Shown piece after piece: positions 11,937 through 24,740 of a stretch of 64,000 nt of DNA. Numbering within the stretch: position 1 is the stretch's first letter; the number at the start of each line of letters is the position of its first letter. Location of the stretch: positions 2,922,665-2,986,664 of the forward strand of contig OY970272.1 in the NCBI GenBank assembly GCA_963715725.1. The letters run 5' to 3'. The position numbers and the translations under genes were made by a program. Below the pieces are notes generated by a model. It ran no database searches. It was not told where the DNA came from and saw only the letters and a list, made by a program, of their open reading frames with translations. This DNA comes from an uncultured Pseudomonadota bacterium. Its GTDB lineage: Bacteria; Pseudomonadota; Gammaproteobacteria; Steroidobacterales; Steroidobacteraceae.

Positions 11937-13029
11937 CTCGATACGCAAGCGCACGAGCAGTCTGGCACAAACCTGTCTGGTCGCGAGCATTGAAGTCCCT
12001 CTGAGAATTTGGACCGTGTATCGCTGTCGACTTCTAAGAGCGCTGATTTCAGCGAAGTCAGCCAGTGATTGAACACGATAATTTGCAGACAGGAGAGGAA
12101 TGGCCTTTTCAGATATGAATTCCCCTGTGTTGCTAGGCGTCGTCGCTTCGGAGTTCAGCATCGGACTGCGGATGATATATCCGTATCGGGACTGCCGCCC
12201 GTTGTGCAAAGTTAGTCTGGACTGCATCCGCATATTGGGCTTTTTGTGACGCGACGTGGGCGTATCGAGCCGCCTTTGAAATCGGCGCGCTTGCGGGGTC
12301 GAAAGTGGCCCGGGCGATACGTCGGTCATCATTTCCGTACACGGGCAGCAGGATCTGAAACAGGATACACAATCAACCTACGGCCCTCGATAGTGCCCGG
12401 TCGCAGTTCGCTGGGGGGCAAAGGCCCTACAACGTCGCGAATAGCGCGCTCGGCGATCGAGACTTGAAAAAATGTTCCGGCAGAAGTAGATCGTGGTGCG
12501 GGCGGTGCGTCTGCAACAAATTTGATGCGAGTGAAATAAAGTTAGGCGTCGGGGGGCCCGTACCAACTCAAGTTCGCAAACCGCCCAATTAATCAGAGAC
12601 TACGGGTCGGCCTGTGAATCCGCGCACGTGCCAGCGGCCCCAAGTGGACCGTCTCGGCAGCTTACCGTTTGGCGTTGGCACGGTCATCGTGCTCGAGCTG
12701 AGCGTTTCGGGCCGCGTGTGCCTGTCCGACTGAGGATTGGGGTGGTGGCTCCTCGGCTTGAGGAGTCCCCTGCCTTTGCGGCTCGAGGGCGCGGATCCGC
12801 TTGTAAAGCTGCTCTGCTACCTCAACGGCTCTGCGAGCGTCGTGCCTGCCGCCTCAGCGCGCGGACATCCTCTAATAGGTGAAGCAAAAGGAGGTCACGA
12901 ACGCCCGGCAAAGGCTTCTATCCACTCATCAGAAGAGTCTATGCGGTGATACGTGCCGAGCCCGGCGCCCCGGTGCGCGCCGGCAAGCTTACGCTGCGCC
13001 CGCTGGCGCCCCATTCTGTGCCCGGTCAC

Positions 13030-13506
13030 TCACTCTGGAAGGAGTGCGAGTTCCAGCGCAACCAGGGTACCCCACGAATGTCCCACCACCTTCGGCTTCT
13101 TCACCCCCAGCTGTTCGAGCATTCGCTTTACGAGGGCGCCCTGCGCTTGCGCCGTCCATAACCGACCCAATGGGCGCTCGCTGTAGCCGTAACCAGGTCT
13201 ATCGAGAGCGATCACGCGATGGTTTCTTGCCAGCTCCCCTAACAACCCGCTCGCCACGAAATCTTCTGCACGCAACATGTTGCCGTGCAAGAGCACAACC
13301 GGGGGGCCATCTCCAAGCTCAAGGTAGTGAACGCGGATACCATCGACAGTGAGGAACTTGCCACGAGGTGGGGAGGCGCCCTCAGCCTCTCGGGCCTGGG
13401 TGCGCCACCCAATTGCCAAACCGCCAAGGGCCGCGCTCGCCGCTCCCGCCGCGATGCCCCACTTGCGAACCCGCCCGCTACCCGGCGTGGATGGAAAGTA
13501 CTTCAT
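13030..13506 (-). pseudogene. alpha/beta-fold hydrolase, truncated after the nucleophile elbow
   Basis: 158-aa ORF with HG oxyanion motif (VVLLHGN) and GHSWG elbow, then TGA. The cap domain and Asp/His part are missing. The downstream in-frame stretch has only a short hydrolase-like tail. Confidence 0.6.
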
Positions 13507-13976
13507 CTAATTCCTTCATGTGAGAATTGCTACCAAAGGTACGGAATCGCGCTTTATAAGTCAGATCCAGAAGTCTGATAACCACGTAGGCGGTTGCAGA
13601 ACCTGACAGGAGAATTGCTTGCGCGTGCAGTTCACGATCGGTGCTGCCATAGCTTCGGCCATACCGTTAGCGGACATGACCCTCAGTGCGCCTGCGACCT
13701 CAATGCGCGGGCACCGTGCTGACCGGGCTTCCTTGAGAGCTGCAACTAGTCCAGGGCGCAACAACAGGGTGTCCGCTCCGGTGCCGGTCTGCACACCTGG
13801 CGTCACGATTTGATCGAGAACCCTTCGCGAAAGCCAACAGCTTCGATGTCGTGCCGATGCGCCGCGAGTGCCAATCCGCTTCGGCCCTGTTCCTGAGTGC
13901 TGACTCTCAAGTATTCGCTTGTTGTCTACACCGTGAGGTTCTACCCCTGATGAAGTCTTGATGATGCGAAATTGCT

Positions 13977-14984
13977 CTATGCGAGCTCGCGTGTCACGTC
14001 ATGCGGTTCCTTGTCTCGCCGGATGCCCAGAAAGGCCGCATGGCGTAGTCTCGCCTCGGCCGTCCATTCAACGAATCGGATCTGCACCACAATCTGCGGC
14101 TTCGTCCACTGCATCTCTTTCATTTGCTCCGCAGTGACCCCGCCGCCCCAGCGGCCGGAAGAAACATCAGGAAGGTTGACGAACGGGCATTTGGGAACTT
14201 TGGCTGGCTTCAGAAGCTTGACGAGCTCCCGGCGCGTGTGCGGTACAAAGCCGGCGCGAACCTTGCCGGCGAACCGCAGAGACTCACCTTCGTAGTAGCC
14301 CACCAAGAGAGCATCGAAACCGTCGCTACCTATTGGCCGATAGCCCCCGACCACAAACTCCTGCTGCAAATCGAGTTTCAATTTCAACCAGTCTCGCGAA
14401 CGCTCTCCAGGCTGATAGGTCGAGTCTCGACGTTTGGCGATAACGCCCTCGAGTCCTGTACTTCTCACCGCCTCGATGATGGACTGAACAGAGCCCGGCA
14501 GCGGTGGGGAGAACTTGATCCGACCCTGGTGCGGAACGATGCTCCGCAGTTGATCCCGGCGGAGTTCGAGTGATTCGCCCCTGAAGTCGCGACCTTCCAA
14601 GTTCAGCAAGTCAAATGCATAGAACACGATCAGATGCCCCGGATGCTCGCCGCGATGCTGCAAGATCTGGAAAGAGGGCCGGCCGTACTCGTCCAGTGCG
14701 ACCAGCTCACCATCCATCACTATCTGCGCCAACTTCAGGCGCCGCGCCGCGGTCACGATACCCGGGTACATCCGGGTGAGGTCCTTGGCGTTTCGGCTGC
14801 GGATCGAGATTTGATCGCCGTGCTTCATCACGAGGGCGCGATAGCCGTCCAACTTCAGCTCATAAAGCCACTCGGGTCCCTCCGGCAGCGTTCGAACCGC
14901 TTGGGCGGCCATCGGGATAACAAATTCAGGACGTATTCTTTTTGTTCTGGCCATCCTGTAATGATACCTGCTCGGTCCCGACAT
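13977..14984 (-). CDS. ATP-dependent DNA ligase (LigD ligase-domain type, stand-alone)
   Basis: 335-aa ORF. Adenylation motif I ELKLDGYRA, EGVIAKR, WLKLK, OB-fold tail. Alternative start ATG at 14954 (MARTKRIRPEFVIPM). No Ku, polymerase or phosphoesterase domain nearby. Confidence 0.88.
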   Translation of the reverse strand: MSGPSRYHYRMARTKRIRPEFVIPMAAQAVRTLPEGPEWLYELKLDGYRALVMKHGDQISIRSRNAKDLTRMYPGIVTAARRLKLAQIVMDGELVALDEYGRPSFQILQHRGEHPGHLIVFYAFDLLNLEGRDFRGESLELRRDQLRSIVPHQGRIKFSPPLPGSVQSIIEAVRSTGLEGVIAKRRDSTYQPGERSRDWLKLKLDLQQEFVVGGYRPIGSDGFDALLVGYYEGESLRFAGKVRAGFVPHTRRELVKLLKPAKVPKCPFVNLPDVSSGRWGGGVTAEQMKEMQWTKPQIVVQIRFVEWTAEARLRHAAFLGIRRDKEPHDVTRELA

Positions 14985-15227
14985 TCGCCCTGACCATCGG
15001 TGAGACGTTCGCGGGTGAGGACCCCTCTAACCAGACCGAACGGACATCATGCGTCCGCGTACCACAGCGCCGGCACACAAAGCGCCGAGGCTTGGTGTAT
15101 TGCTCTGGCGGCAGATGCCGCGTATGCCGGTGTAGCGCGACGATCTGGATGAGAGGCGCGACAAGCAGGATGAGAGTGGTGTCGCGGCGCGACGATCATG
15201 CACGAGGCTGTTTGTCGCTGGCAAGCA

Positions 15228-17617
<2,390 letters not shown>

Positions 17618-18402
17618 TCAGCCGCGATCACCGGTACCCACCCCGACCGGGGTCGGCACCGCCCCGGTGGGAAGCTTCCTCGGGCTACGCCCTCGAAGCC
17701 TCCCACCGGCGCTGCTTTCTCATCCTGATTGACGCGCTGTTCTCACCCTGTTTGTCGCGCGCCATGCCGGCACTTGGCGCAGTGGATGATGATGAGCTCG
17801 TACCCCCCTGAAACGAGGGTGCCAGCCGCAGGCGAATCCGTGGATTCAGGTCTGCGACGGCACCAATACTGGATAGCGTCGAGCTCCACGGAGCAGGACA
17901 ATCCGATCCATATTCAAAACAAACCACTGGCGAGCGCGTTCGCTGTAACGCTAGAGGACCTGCGCGAGGGCGCCGGCATGACGACCGCGGACCTTGCCGC
18001 CGTCAGCGGGTGGAGTATACGGCGGCGATCTGGAAAGTCATCCAAGGGCCGCCTCTATCTGGATCGCTCGTCGCGTTCAATGGAACCGAAGTCAGCAGCG
18101 TAACAATGTGGGAATTGGCGTGGGGTCTTGTATCCATAATAATGACTGCATTAATAACTTGAATGTCTCGGTTGGGGGTTCTGCAGCGGCAGACGGTAAC
18201 TTTCACGCTGTGCTACGAAAACCACGCTTTCAGCATCCACTCTGACGCCCGTTCATAAACAAGCGTTCACGCTGATCGCGCATGTGAGCTCCACATACGG
18301 TGTGGCGATTGGCACCGTTGCGAAATGCAGCCGCTGTGGACGGCTACTTAACCCCGTCCCGCAAAAAGTAGACGTCAGGATCAAGGCGCTCCGTAGCTCG
18401 CG

Positions 18403-20256
18403 TCACGGCAGTAACTCTCGCAATGTGACAATGGTCGAGCGCTTTTGCTCAGCGCGCGTAAAGTCGAGTGCCACCTGTGTGCCAGGGGGCTCGCGCACTA
18501 CGCGTTTAAAATCCCAGCCGGACAGAGTAGTCACTGGTGCGCCATTGACCGCAACAATCAGGTCCCCCGGCTTGATACCCACTTCTCCCGCAGGCCCGTT
18601 GCCCAGGATGGTTGCCACCGTGAACGCCTCTGGTGACTGCTTGTATACGCTCATTCCTGCCCGAGGATAAACGTGCTGCTGTTTGTGCTCAGGCACCACC
18701 GGATCAAACCACACGATCCCGCGCTCGTAGTCAAACGAAAGTGTGAAGTTCTCGTAGATCTCGTTGCCAATATTGCCCGCCTCGGTGCGCGAGGAAAAGG
18801 CTCCTTTCCTATCCTCCGAGTAGCGCGCAACGATGTGCCGAAAGGATCTTCCGGCCACTTCCAGATTGGCTCGGCTTGCCCAATTCTTTGACATGCCGCC
18901 TGCACCGAAACCGGCCGTCAGAAGCCCGTTGCGCATCTGCTTGGCGAGGCCATTGCTTTGAGCCCAGCGGCCCTGGATGACCAACGAGCCCGAATTACCC
19001 GTGTCGAGTGCATTGTCGCCCCTGATACCGTTGATTTTGGCGCTGAAGAGCGGCTGGTCATCAGTAAATGTAATCGCAACCGGAACACCGTGGCCGAGCG
19101 GCGCATCCTGGAGTGGGCGCAGTGTCAACGTTTGAGCGCGATAGTTGAGCTCAGTTGCAAAACGCTCAAATAATTCCACACCCAGAATTCCCGCCAGCGG
19201 TGGCTTAGCACCCCGCTCCACGGTGTTGTATTGGAGAGGGACGATAATGAAGGATTGATCACGGAGCGTGGCCGCGCCAATGTCCAACCGCTCGACGCGT
19301 GTGTACTGTTCAGAGAGCGTTCCAGCCCCTGAACCACCAGAAACGCCGGAACCTATTCCGGACAAACCGAGCGCGCTCGCCGCATCCGGCGTCAGGATGT
19401 CATGACCGCCGGTATCTAGAATGAAGCTGAAAGGACCCTTGCCATTCAGCATGGCCTCAACCACAACATCGCCATCATAGGCGATCGGTAGGATTACAGC
19501 TTTGCCTGGTATAGTTGAGTCATCGGGCATTCGGGGTGGCGCGAACTCGTCCGCCGCCGGTTGCTTCACAAACTCGGCTCGGTCTACCGTGATGCTCTCA
19601 GGATCGGTGTCCCCCTCCTGGCGAATGACTCTGAAGGGCACCATAAGTCTACCGACCCGTCGATAATCGTCATAGCGAATGGTGGTGACGTTAATTGGCA
19701 TCGTCCAGACGGTCCGCGCGAGCAATGCCGTCTCTCTATCAAACCACAATTCGATCGGTTGTCCTCCCTTCGGCCTAGCGCGCAGCGTCTCATACGTTCG
19801 CCCATCAGCTCGGCGGGCAGTAAGGAACTTGATGCGTGCGCCATCAGCGCCGGTTCGCAGGAATCCTTGCCGCGCGAGCCACATGTAAGTTACGGCGTTG
19901 GCACGAGCGAAGGCGGAATTCAACGGATGCATCCCGCGCGAGTGATCCTGCCGCCAGTGGTGCGTTGCGTCCCAAGTCTCAGCCAACTGATACACGCCAT
20001 AATCAACCGTCTCGTGCATGCGTCCGGTGGAAGGATCGAGTACCAAGCGCCATCGTCCGCCGAGGCCGGATGACTGTTCAGTCCCAGTCTCCACCAGCGC
20101 CCCTAGACGGCCCCAGTCACTGACCCCGTACAGCTCCCGTGCAGCCGCCAGCACGCGTGCAGCGCCTGTTCCTGAGGGTATGGTCGAAGCCCTCGAGTGC
20201 GAGCCAATCACGATGAGAACGCCTGTTGCACAGATTATGGTCGAGTACCTCAGCAT
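18403..20256 (-). CDS. secreted double retropepsin-like aspartic protease with C-terminal PDZ domain
   Basis: AGGAGG 5 nt upstream of ATG 20256. Signal-like MLRYSTIICATGVLIVIGSHSRA. Two clan-AA motifs (FILDTGGHD and NALDTGNSGS). PDZ (GPAGEVGIKPGDLIVAVNGAPV). Confidence 0.8.
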   Translation of the reverse strand: MLRYSTIICATGVLIVIGSHSRASTIPSGTGAARVLAAARELYGVSDWGRLGALVETGTEQSSGLGGRWRLVLDPSTGRMHETVDYGVYQLAETWDATHHWRQDHSRGMHPLNSAFARANAVTYMWLARQGFLRTGADGARIKFLTARRADGRTYETLRARPKGGQPIELWFDRETALLARTVWTMPINVTTIRYDDYRRVGRLMVPFRVIRQEGDTDPESITVDRAEFVKQPAADEFAPPRMPDDSTIPGKAVILPIAYDGDVVVEAMLNGKGPFSFILDTGGHDILTPDAASALGLSGIGSGVSGGSGAGTLSEQYTRVERLDIGAATLRDQSFIIVPLQYNTVERGAKPPLAGILGVELFERFATELNYRAQTLTLRPLQDAPLGHGVPVAITFTDDQPLFSAKINGIRGDNALDTGNSGSLVIQGRWAQSNGLAKQMRNGLLTAGFGAGGMSKNWASRANLEVAGRSFRHIVARYSEDRKGAFSSRTEAGNIGNEIYENFTLSFDYERGIVWFDPVVPEHKQQHVYPRAGMSVYKQSPEAFTVATILGNGPAGEVGIKPGDLIVAVNGAPVTTLSGWDFKRVVREPPGTQVALDFTRAEQKRSTIVTLRELLP

Positions 20257-20801
20257 TACCGCCTCCTGCTCTTGCGCCAATTGCACGCGCGGCGCGCTCG
20301 GCGAACCCGCTCGCTGTGAGACTCTAAGATGAGCTCACCGGCGAAATCGTTTAAATCGAGACGGCTGATTGTCTGGATTTTGCAGCGCGTGGCAGAAGCA
20401 CAGCGAACCTACAGCGGTCGCATCGGTTCCTCACAATGGCTGATGCTTGCCGCGTCATCGAGTAACCGCACTTGGTGTGGGACGAGCAGCAGTACCAGTC
20501 GAGTCCGGACTTACGATGCCAATGGCAACCGAGAGACCGAAGCCGGGACTTCGCCGTCGACGTACACGATGAGCAGCAAAAGGTAAGAGTCGACTCCCCG
20601 AAATTCGGGTACCGGAAAATTGCCATCAAGGCTCAACACGCCGCGACTGCAGCAAAGCAATGACGGCGCGGTACCCGATTTTCCGATCGCAGACTCTTAC
20701 CTGACAGGTTGCATCGTAACGCGAGGAGACAGCAACGACTGCACTCGCCGGAAGCGATGGCAACCTGGCCCGAGTCAACGCCCATTCATGAGGAAATTCA
20801 C

Positions 20802-21194
20802 ATGTACGCTAAGACAGCTCTCACGGGCAGCTGGTCAATCCTTGGCACAGCTGCCGTTCTCTGCACGCTCTTCGCGGGCAACATTGCAGCCAAGGATCAT
20901 GAGGTCAATGTCGCCATTCACGTCAGTAGCCAAGGCCTTGATCTCAATCACCCGGTCGATGCACAGACCTTCTACACACGGCTGAAGAATGCGGCGTGGG
21001 TAGCATGCACACGCGGAAACCGCGTCAACCTCGTGCCGGTCGATGATCTGCAAGGCTGTTATGAGAAGGCGCTTGGGGGTGCGATCCGTTCTGCCAAAGC
21101 GCCGATGCTCACGCAGATCTATCTCGAAGCCCATCCCCTTCGAGATGCCGCAAAGCATGGCATCGAAGTACCGGCGCAACTGGCGGCGAAGTGA
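20802..21194 (+). CDS. UrcA family protein (small secreted)
   Basis: GAGGA 7 nt upstream. Signal peptide, then VSSQGLDLNHPVDAQTFYTRLKNAAWVAC..C pattern, characteristic from memory of UrcA-family proteins. Confidence 0.65.
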   Translation: MYAKTALTGSWSILGTAAVLCTLFAGNIAAKDHEVNVAIHVSSQGLDLNHPVDAQTFYTRLKNAAWVACTRGNRVNLVPVDDLQGCYEKALGGAIRSAKAPMLTQIYLEAHPLRDAAKHGIEVPAQLAAK

Positions 21195-21608
21195 CGACGC
21201 CCATCGAGCCGCCTCTTAGTCGAATTCAGGCTGACGAGGCGGTTTGGTGAGCGGCATGTTTGTATGAATGGCCTAGCGTGACGAACGATCATCGCGACCC
21301 CGGAGAGACGTATGAAGGAGCTTGTCAAGTTGACGCTGCTATCCGCGGCTCGAAGCCCTGCCACGGCGTCGGAACCTGCACTCTCGCTGCGGGTTGCAGC
21401 GGCTCGATCACATTCGGGCCACCGGGCCCAATATTCGATGCGTTCGTCGCGCCGCGCGGTGTGACGATTCGTATGATTCAGACCACGGATCGCACGCAAG
21501 CAGCGCCTGTGCTGCAAGGGACCGCCGAGAGGATAGCGGACTGAACGAGCTCGGGCCCATGGGAATGCGACACCGACGTGCGTAAGCCTGCGAGGGCTCG
21601 ACAGACAA

Positions 21609-22505
21609 CTACTCCGCGCGAATCGGAAGGTGAACGGTGAACTCGCTTCCGTGTTGGAGGCCAGCACTTGCGGCGGTAACGCGACCGCCTTGGGATTCGA
21701 CCAAACTGCGTACCAAGGCGAGTCCGATACCGAGGCCCGCGTCCCCATGCCGCGATGACGGATTTGCCTGGACAAAGAGGTCGAAGACGCGCGGCAGCAC
21801 ATCAGGAGCAATGCCGATACCCGTGTCGTGAATGCGCACGGTGGCTTCGTCCTCTCCGCGTTCCACGGACAGATCGACCTCGCCTCCGGCCTCGGTGTAC
21901 TTTGCTGCGTTGATGAGCAGGTTCACTAGTACCTGCTCCAATCTGTTGGGGTCCGCCTGCAGCCACACCGGCGCTTCCGGGAATGCTGTGGTCATTCGGT
22001 GATTGCGCTGTTCCATGGCGAATTCGACGGTCTGCGCAGCATGAGCCGCAACGGCGCGCAAATCGATTCGTTCGCGCTGCAGGCGCAGGTGGCCATTTCG
22101 GGCCCGCGAGACATCGAGAAGGTCTTCCACGAGTCGAGACATCTGCCCGACCTGACGTTCGATCAGTTGGCGGGCCCTCACTCCCGCGGGTCCCGCCGAC
22201 GCCTCCATGCGTAGAATGCTGGTCGCACTGCGGATCGCACTCAGTGAATTACGCAGCTCGTGGGAAAACACAGTTATGAACTCGCTATGTGCGCCGTTCT
22301 CGATGCCGAGCTGCTGGGCGCCGACCGATAGCGGCCATAGCTTCAGATGATCCGCGAGCTCAGGGGTACCGTGTTGGAACACCTCAGTGAGGCCGATGTT
22401 ATGCTTGCGGCAGACAGACTCGTTATCGGTCGCGTGCCCGTTGATTCGATCGATGCTCGCCCCGGCGCGACGAGTGGCCTCAGCCGGGTCATTCATGGCT
22501 GGCAT
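21609..22505 (-). CDS. soluble sensor histidine kinase (HisKA + HATPase_c, no recognisable input domain)
   Basis: GGGAGAG upstream of ATG 22505. H-box FSHELRNSL, N box NLLINAAKY, G boxes DTGIGI and GLGIGLALV. No TM segments. Confidence 0.85.
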   Translation of the reverse strand: MPAMNDPAEATRRAGASIDRINGHATDNESVCRKHNIGLTEVFQHGTPELADHLKLWPLSVGAQQLGIENGAHSEFITVFSHELRNSLSAIRSATSILRMEASAGPAGVRARQLIERQVGQMSRLVEDLLDVSRARNGHLRLQRERIDLRAVAAHAAQTVEFAMEQRNHRMTTAFPEAPVWLQADPNRLEQVLVNLLINAAKYTEAGGEVDLSVERGEDEATVRIHDTGIGIAPDVLPRVFDLFVQANPSSRHGDAGLGIGLALVRSLVESQGGRVTAASAGLQHGSEFTVHLPIRAE

Positions 22506-23271
22506 AGCTCTCTCCCGAGCGACTTCGATAGGTGGCACTGTCCCAATTGCGGTCAACCATGGACCAGCCCGAGCGCTGATCGTGTGTTCCCCCCATTCCC
22601 AGGACGGCAAAGCTAAGCAACAGGCGCCGGCCCGGTCTGTACGGCACCGAACCAAAAGGCGGTTACGGGAGCCTGGCAGGGCCGCTTCTCATCGGCGTAG
22701 CACTCGCAGCGCACGAAAATTTCAGTAGATCAGCGCGCTAAAAGGTCTAAAGGATCAAAGCCTTGTGGCAAAGCTTGTAGGGTGTGCGGGCGTTCACCAG
22801 GCGCTGCATGTCGAGACGCTGCTGCCCCATGATCAGATCGATGAACACACACACTGTCAAGCTGATGTCAAGGGCGCTCGGGCTCGCGAAAACTGATCGA
22901 AGGCAGCAGAAAATCGGCTGTCCAGGGACGCGCTGTCGGAGTCACCGCAGGCGTTAGGCGATCCTGTGCGTGTTTTTCCATCATCGGTAGGTCGGTCGTC
23001 GCAGGAACATCACTCTTGAGGCCCGTTTCGGCATTGTCGTTGCTCATGGTCTTTCTCCTTGATGTTGGGCAGGTTGCGCCGTCCGTATGGATCGGTCGGT
23101 ACGCCAGCGCACTTGACATGCCAATAGCGTCGGTTTCCCTGAAGATACAGGGCGGCCCGGTGAAGCGTAATCGAATCCTGATGGGGTGCAGGAGCGCTGA
23201 GACCAAACGTCCCCGGGGCCACGGGCGTGCACTGGAGCAATTGAGCGAGCGGGTACTTGCGGCTCGCAGGC

Positions 23272-23988
23272 TCACTCGGGCGCGCGCGGCAGCAGGCGAT
23301 CGGTTTCCTTCCTGACGACCTCGTAACACTCGCAACAAAGTCGTTCCAACTTTGCCCGATCTAGCACTGTGATCTGCCCGCGCGCGTAACGGATAACCCC
23401 GAGCTTGTGCAACTTGCCAGCCGCTTCGGTGACGCCTTCGCGGCGCACGCCGAGCATGTTGGCGATCAGCTCCTGGGTCATGGTCAGTTGGTTGGATGAC
23501 AGGCGGTCGAGAGATAGCAGTAGCCAGCGACACAGTTGCTGGTCCACAGAGTGATGGCGATTGCAGACCGCGGTCTGCGCCATCTGCGTAATCAGGGCTT
23601 GCGTGTAGCGCAGAAGCAGAAGTTGCATTTCGCCGTTGCGATGGAACTCTCCCTTGAGTTGCTGCCCGATCAGCCGGTAGGCGTGTCCGGCGCTCTGGAC
23701 GATCGCCCGACTCGGGGTGGTTTCACCGCCCATGAACAGCGCTATGCCGATGAGCCCTTCGTTGCCCACCACCGAAATTTCCGCTGACGCACCGTCCGAA
23801 AGAACGTACAGCAGGGATACGATGGAGTTGGTCGGAAAATACACGTGGCGCAGGACGTCGCCGGACTCGTACAAGACCTTGCCGAGGGGCATAGGGACGA
23901 GCCGCAGGTGCGGGTAAAGTCGATCGCGCTCCGCTGGCGATAGCGCAGCCAGCAGATGATTTTGTCGCGGATCGTGGGGGGCGGGCAT
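23272..23988 (-). CDS. Crp/Fnr-family transcriptional regulator
   Basis: cNMP-binding-like N-domain (RNHLLAALSPAERDRL..YFPT). C-terminal HTH ([21 protein letters not shown]). C-terminal CxCY motif (CCECYEVV). Start chosen at MPAPHDP. Confidence 0.85.
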   Translation of the reverse strand: MPAPHDPRQNHLLAALSPAERDRLYPHLRLVPMPLGKVLYESGDVLRHVYFPTNSIVSLLYVLSDGASAEISVVGNEGLIGIALFMGGETTPSRAIVQSAGHAYRLIGQQLKGEFHRNGEMQLLLLRYTQALITQMAQTAVCNRHHSVDQQLCRWLLLSLDRLSSNQLTMTQELIANMLGVRREGVTEAAGKLHKLGVIRYARGQITVLDRAKLERLCCECYEVVRKETDRLLPRAPE

Positions 23989-24509
23989 GGATTGTGTCAC
24001 CGATGACCACCAGAGCGGGTTCGACGGAGTATAGATCAACCGCCGTCTCTTTGCGCGGTACCGTACAGACAGCTCCAGCCGAACGGTGCCGTGCGCCCGT
24101 GCAAACGGTGCCGCAACCAGCAAATACGTAGATCTGTGCCCTGCTTGGCCCGCCATTTGTCCTTCCATCCATGTCGGCTGCGTCGGCTGACTGTCGTATG
24201 TGCGCCGACGAACAGACCCGGCGGCTCACGGGGAGTAGTGTCTGCCGCTGCGGTCCTGGCGGATGGTTCGTGAGCCCGCTCGTCGGAGCCGCGACCATCA
24301 ATCAGAACAACTTCAGCGCTCCGAGCTTGCTCGTCTCGTTTCTGGGCGCGGTCATTCCCCTGGTCATCGTCACCTCGTGCGCCGCGGCGCACCTCGGTAG
24401 CCCGGCGCCGACTCGATGAAAGGACACGGGAACGCTTCGATGCGACTCCGCACTTGGGCAAGGGCCGAAGCGACCCGTGGCTTACGATGGCATACGTCAG
24501 GAGAAAGTC

Positions 24510-24740
24510 GTGCGTTACGCTCCAGCTACACATGTACACGCCCCGCCTTGGGCAAAAACGGGCGGGACTAGCGTCCAGCGGTCTGTCAGTACCGCGCGGC
24601 TGGCGGATCGCGACGGGGCGATCGGCCGCCAGGACGATGAGTTGGACGTCTGGGACGATGAAGGCGGCACCACTGCGGATCACTCGCTTGAGTTTCCGTG
24701 CCGGCACGTGGGACGGCACTTCGATCAATTCTCTGGTTAA
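24510..24740 (+). CDS. small hypothetical protein with W-D-D-E-G-G motif
   Basis: AGGAGA 5 nt upstream of GTG 24510. 76 aa containing [12 protein letters not shown]. The same motif (LEIWEDEGG) occurs in the N-extension of the receiver at 34643. Lies between the two crp-like genes on the opposite strand. Confidence 0.4.
   Translation: MRYAPATHVHAPPWAKTGGTSVQRSVSTARLADRDGAIGRQDDELDVWDDEGGTTADHSLEFPCRHVGRHFDQFSG

Noticed and set aside
12100-12249. 49-aa ORF (MAFSDMNSPVLLGVV..) with AGGAGAGGA immediately upstream, in the coding-poor gap after the CheBR hybrid.
   Set aside because: It is too short and featureless. The Shine-Dalgarno spacing is marginal and conservation cannot be assessed here.
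13561-13806. 81-aa ORF downstream of the ligase (..TPGVQTGTGADTLLLRPGLVAALKEA..).
   Set aside because: It looks like a fragment of something, but I cannot place it in a family. It has no clear start context.
17664-17709. Long imperfect hairpin CCGGTGGGA..TCCCACCGG in the istA 5' untranslated region.
   Set aside because: It lies inside the IS21 element and is probably part of normal IS expression control, not an independent feature.
17921-18110. Possible decayed XRE-type HTH (..FAVTLEDLREGAGMTTADLAAVSG.. continuing in another frame as ..DLESHPRAASIWIARRV..) on the right flank of the IS21 element.
   Set aside because: It requires an assumed frameshift, and the similarity to the HTH_3 pattern is weak and subjective.
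22868-23047. 59-aa ORF (MSNDNAETGLKSDVPATTDL..) with GGAGAA 7 nt upstream, between the histidine kinase and crp-like gene.
   Set aside because: It has a good ribosome-binding site but no motif and low-complexity content. I keep it as a note only. Ribo-seq or conservation data are needed.
21119-24728. Long intergenic or overlapping ORFs 21119..21811 (-), 22868..23533 (-), 23723..24301 (-), 24036..24728 (-).
   Set aside because: They have no recognisable motifs and an Arg/Pro/Ser-rich composition. They overlap better-supported genes or their promoters. I treat them as non-coding.
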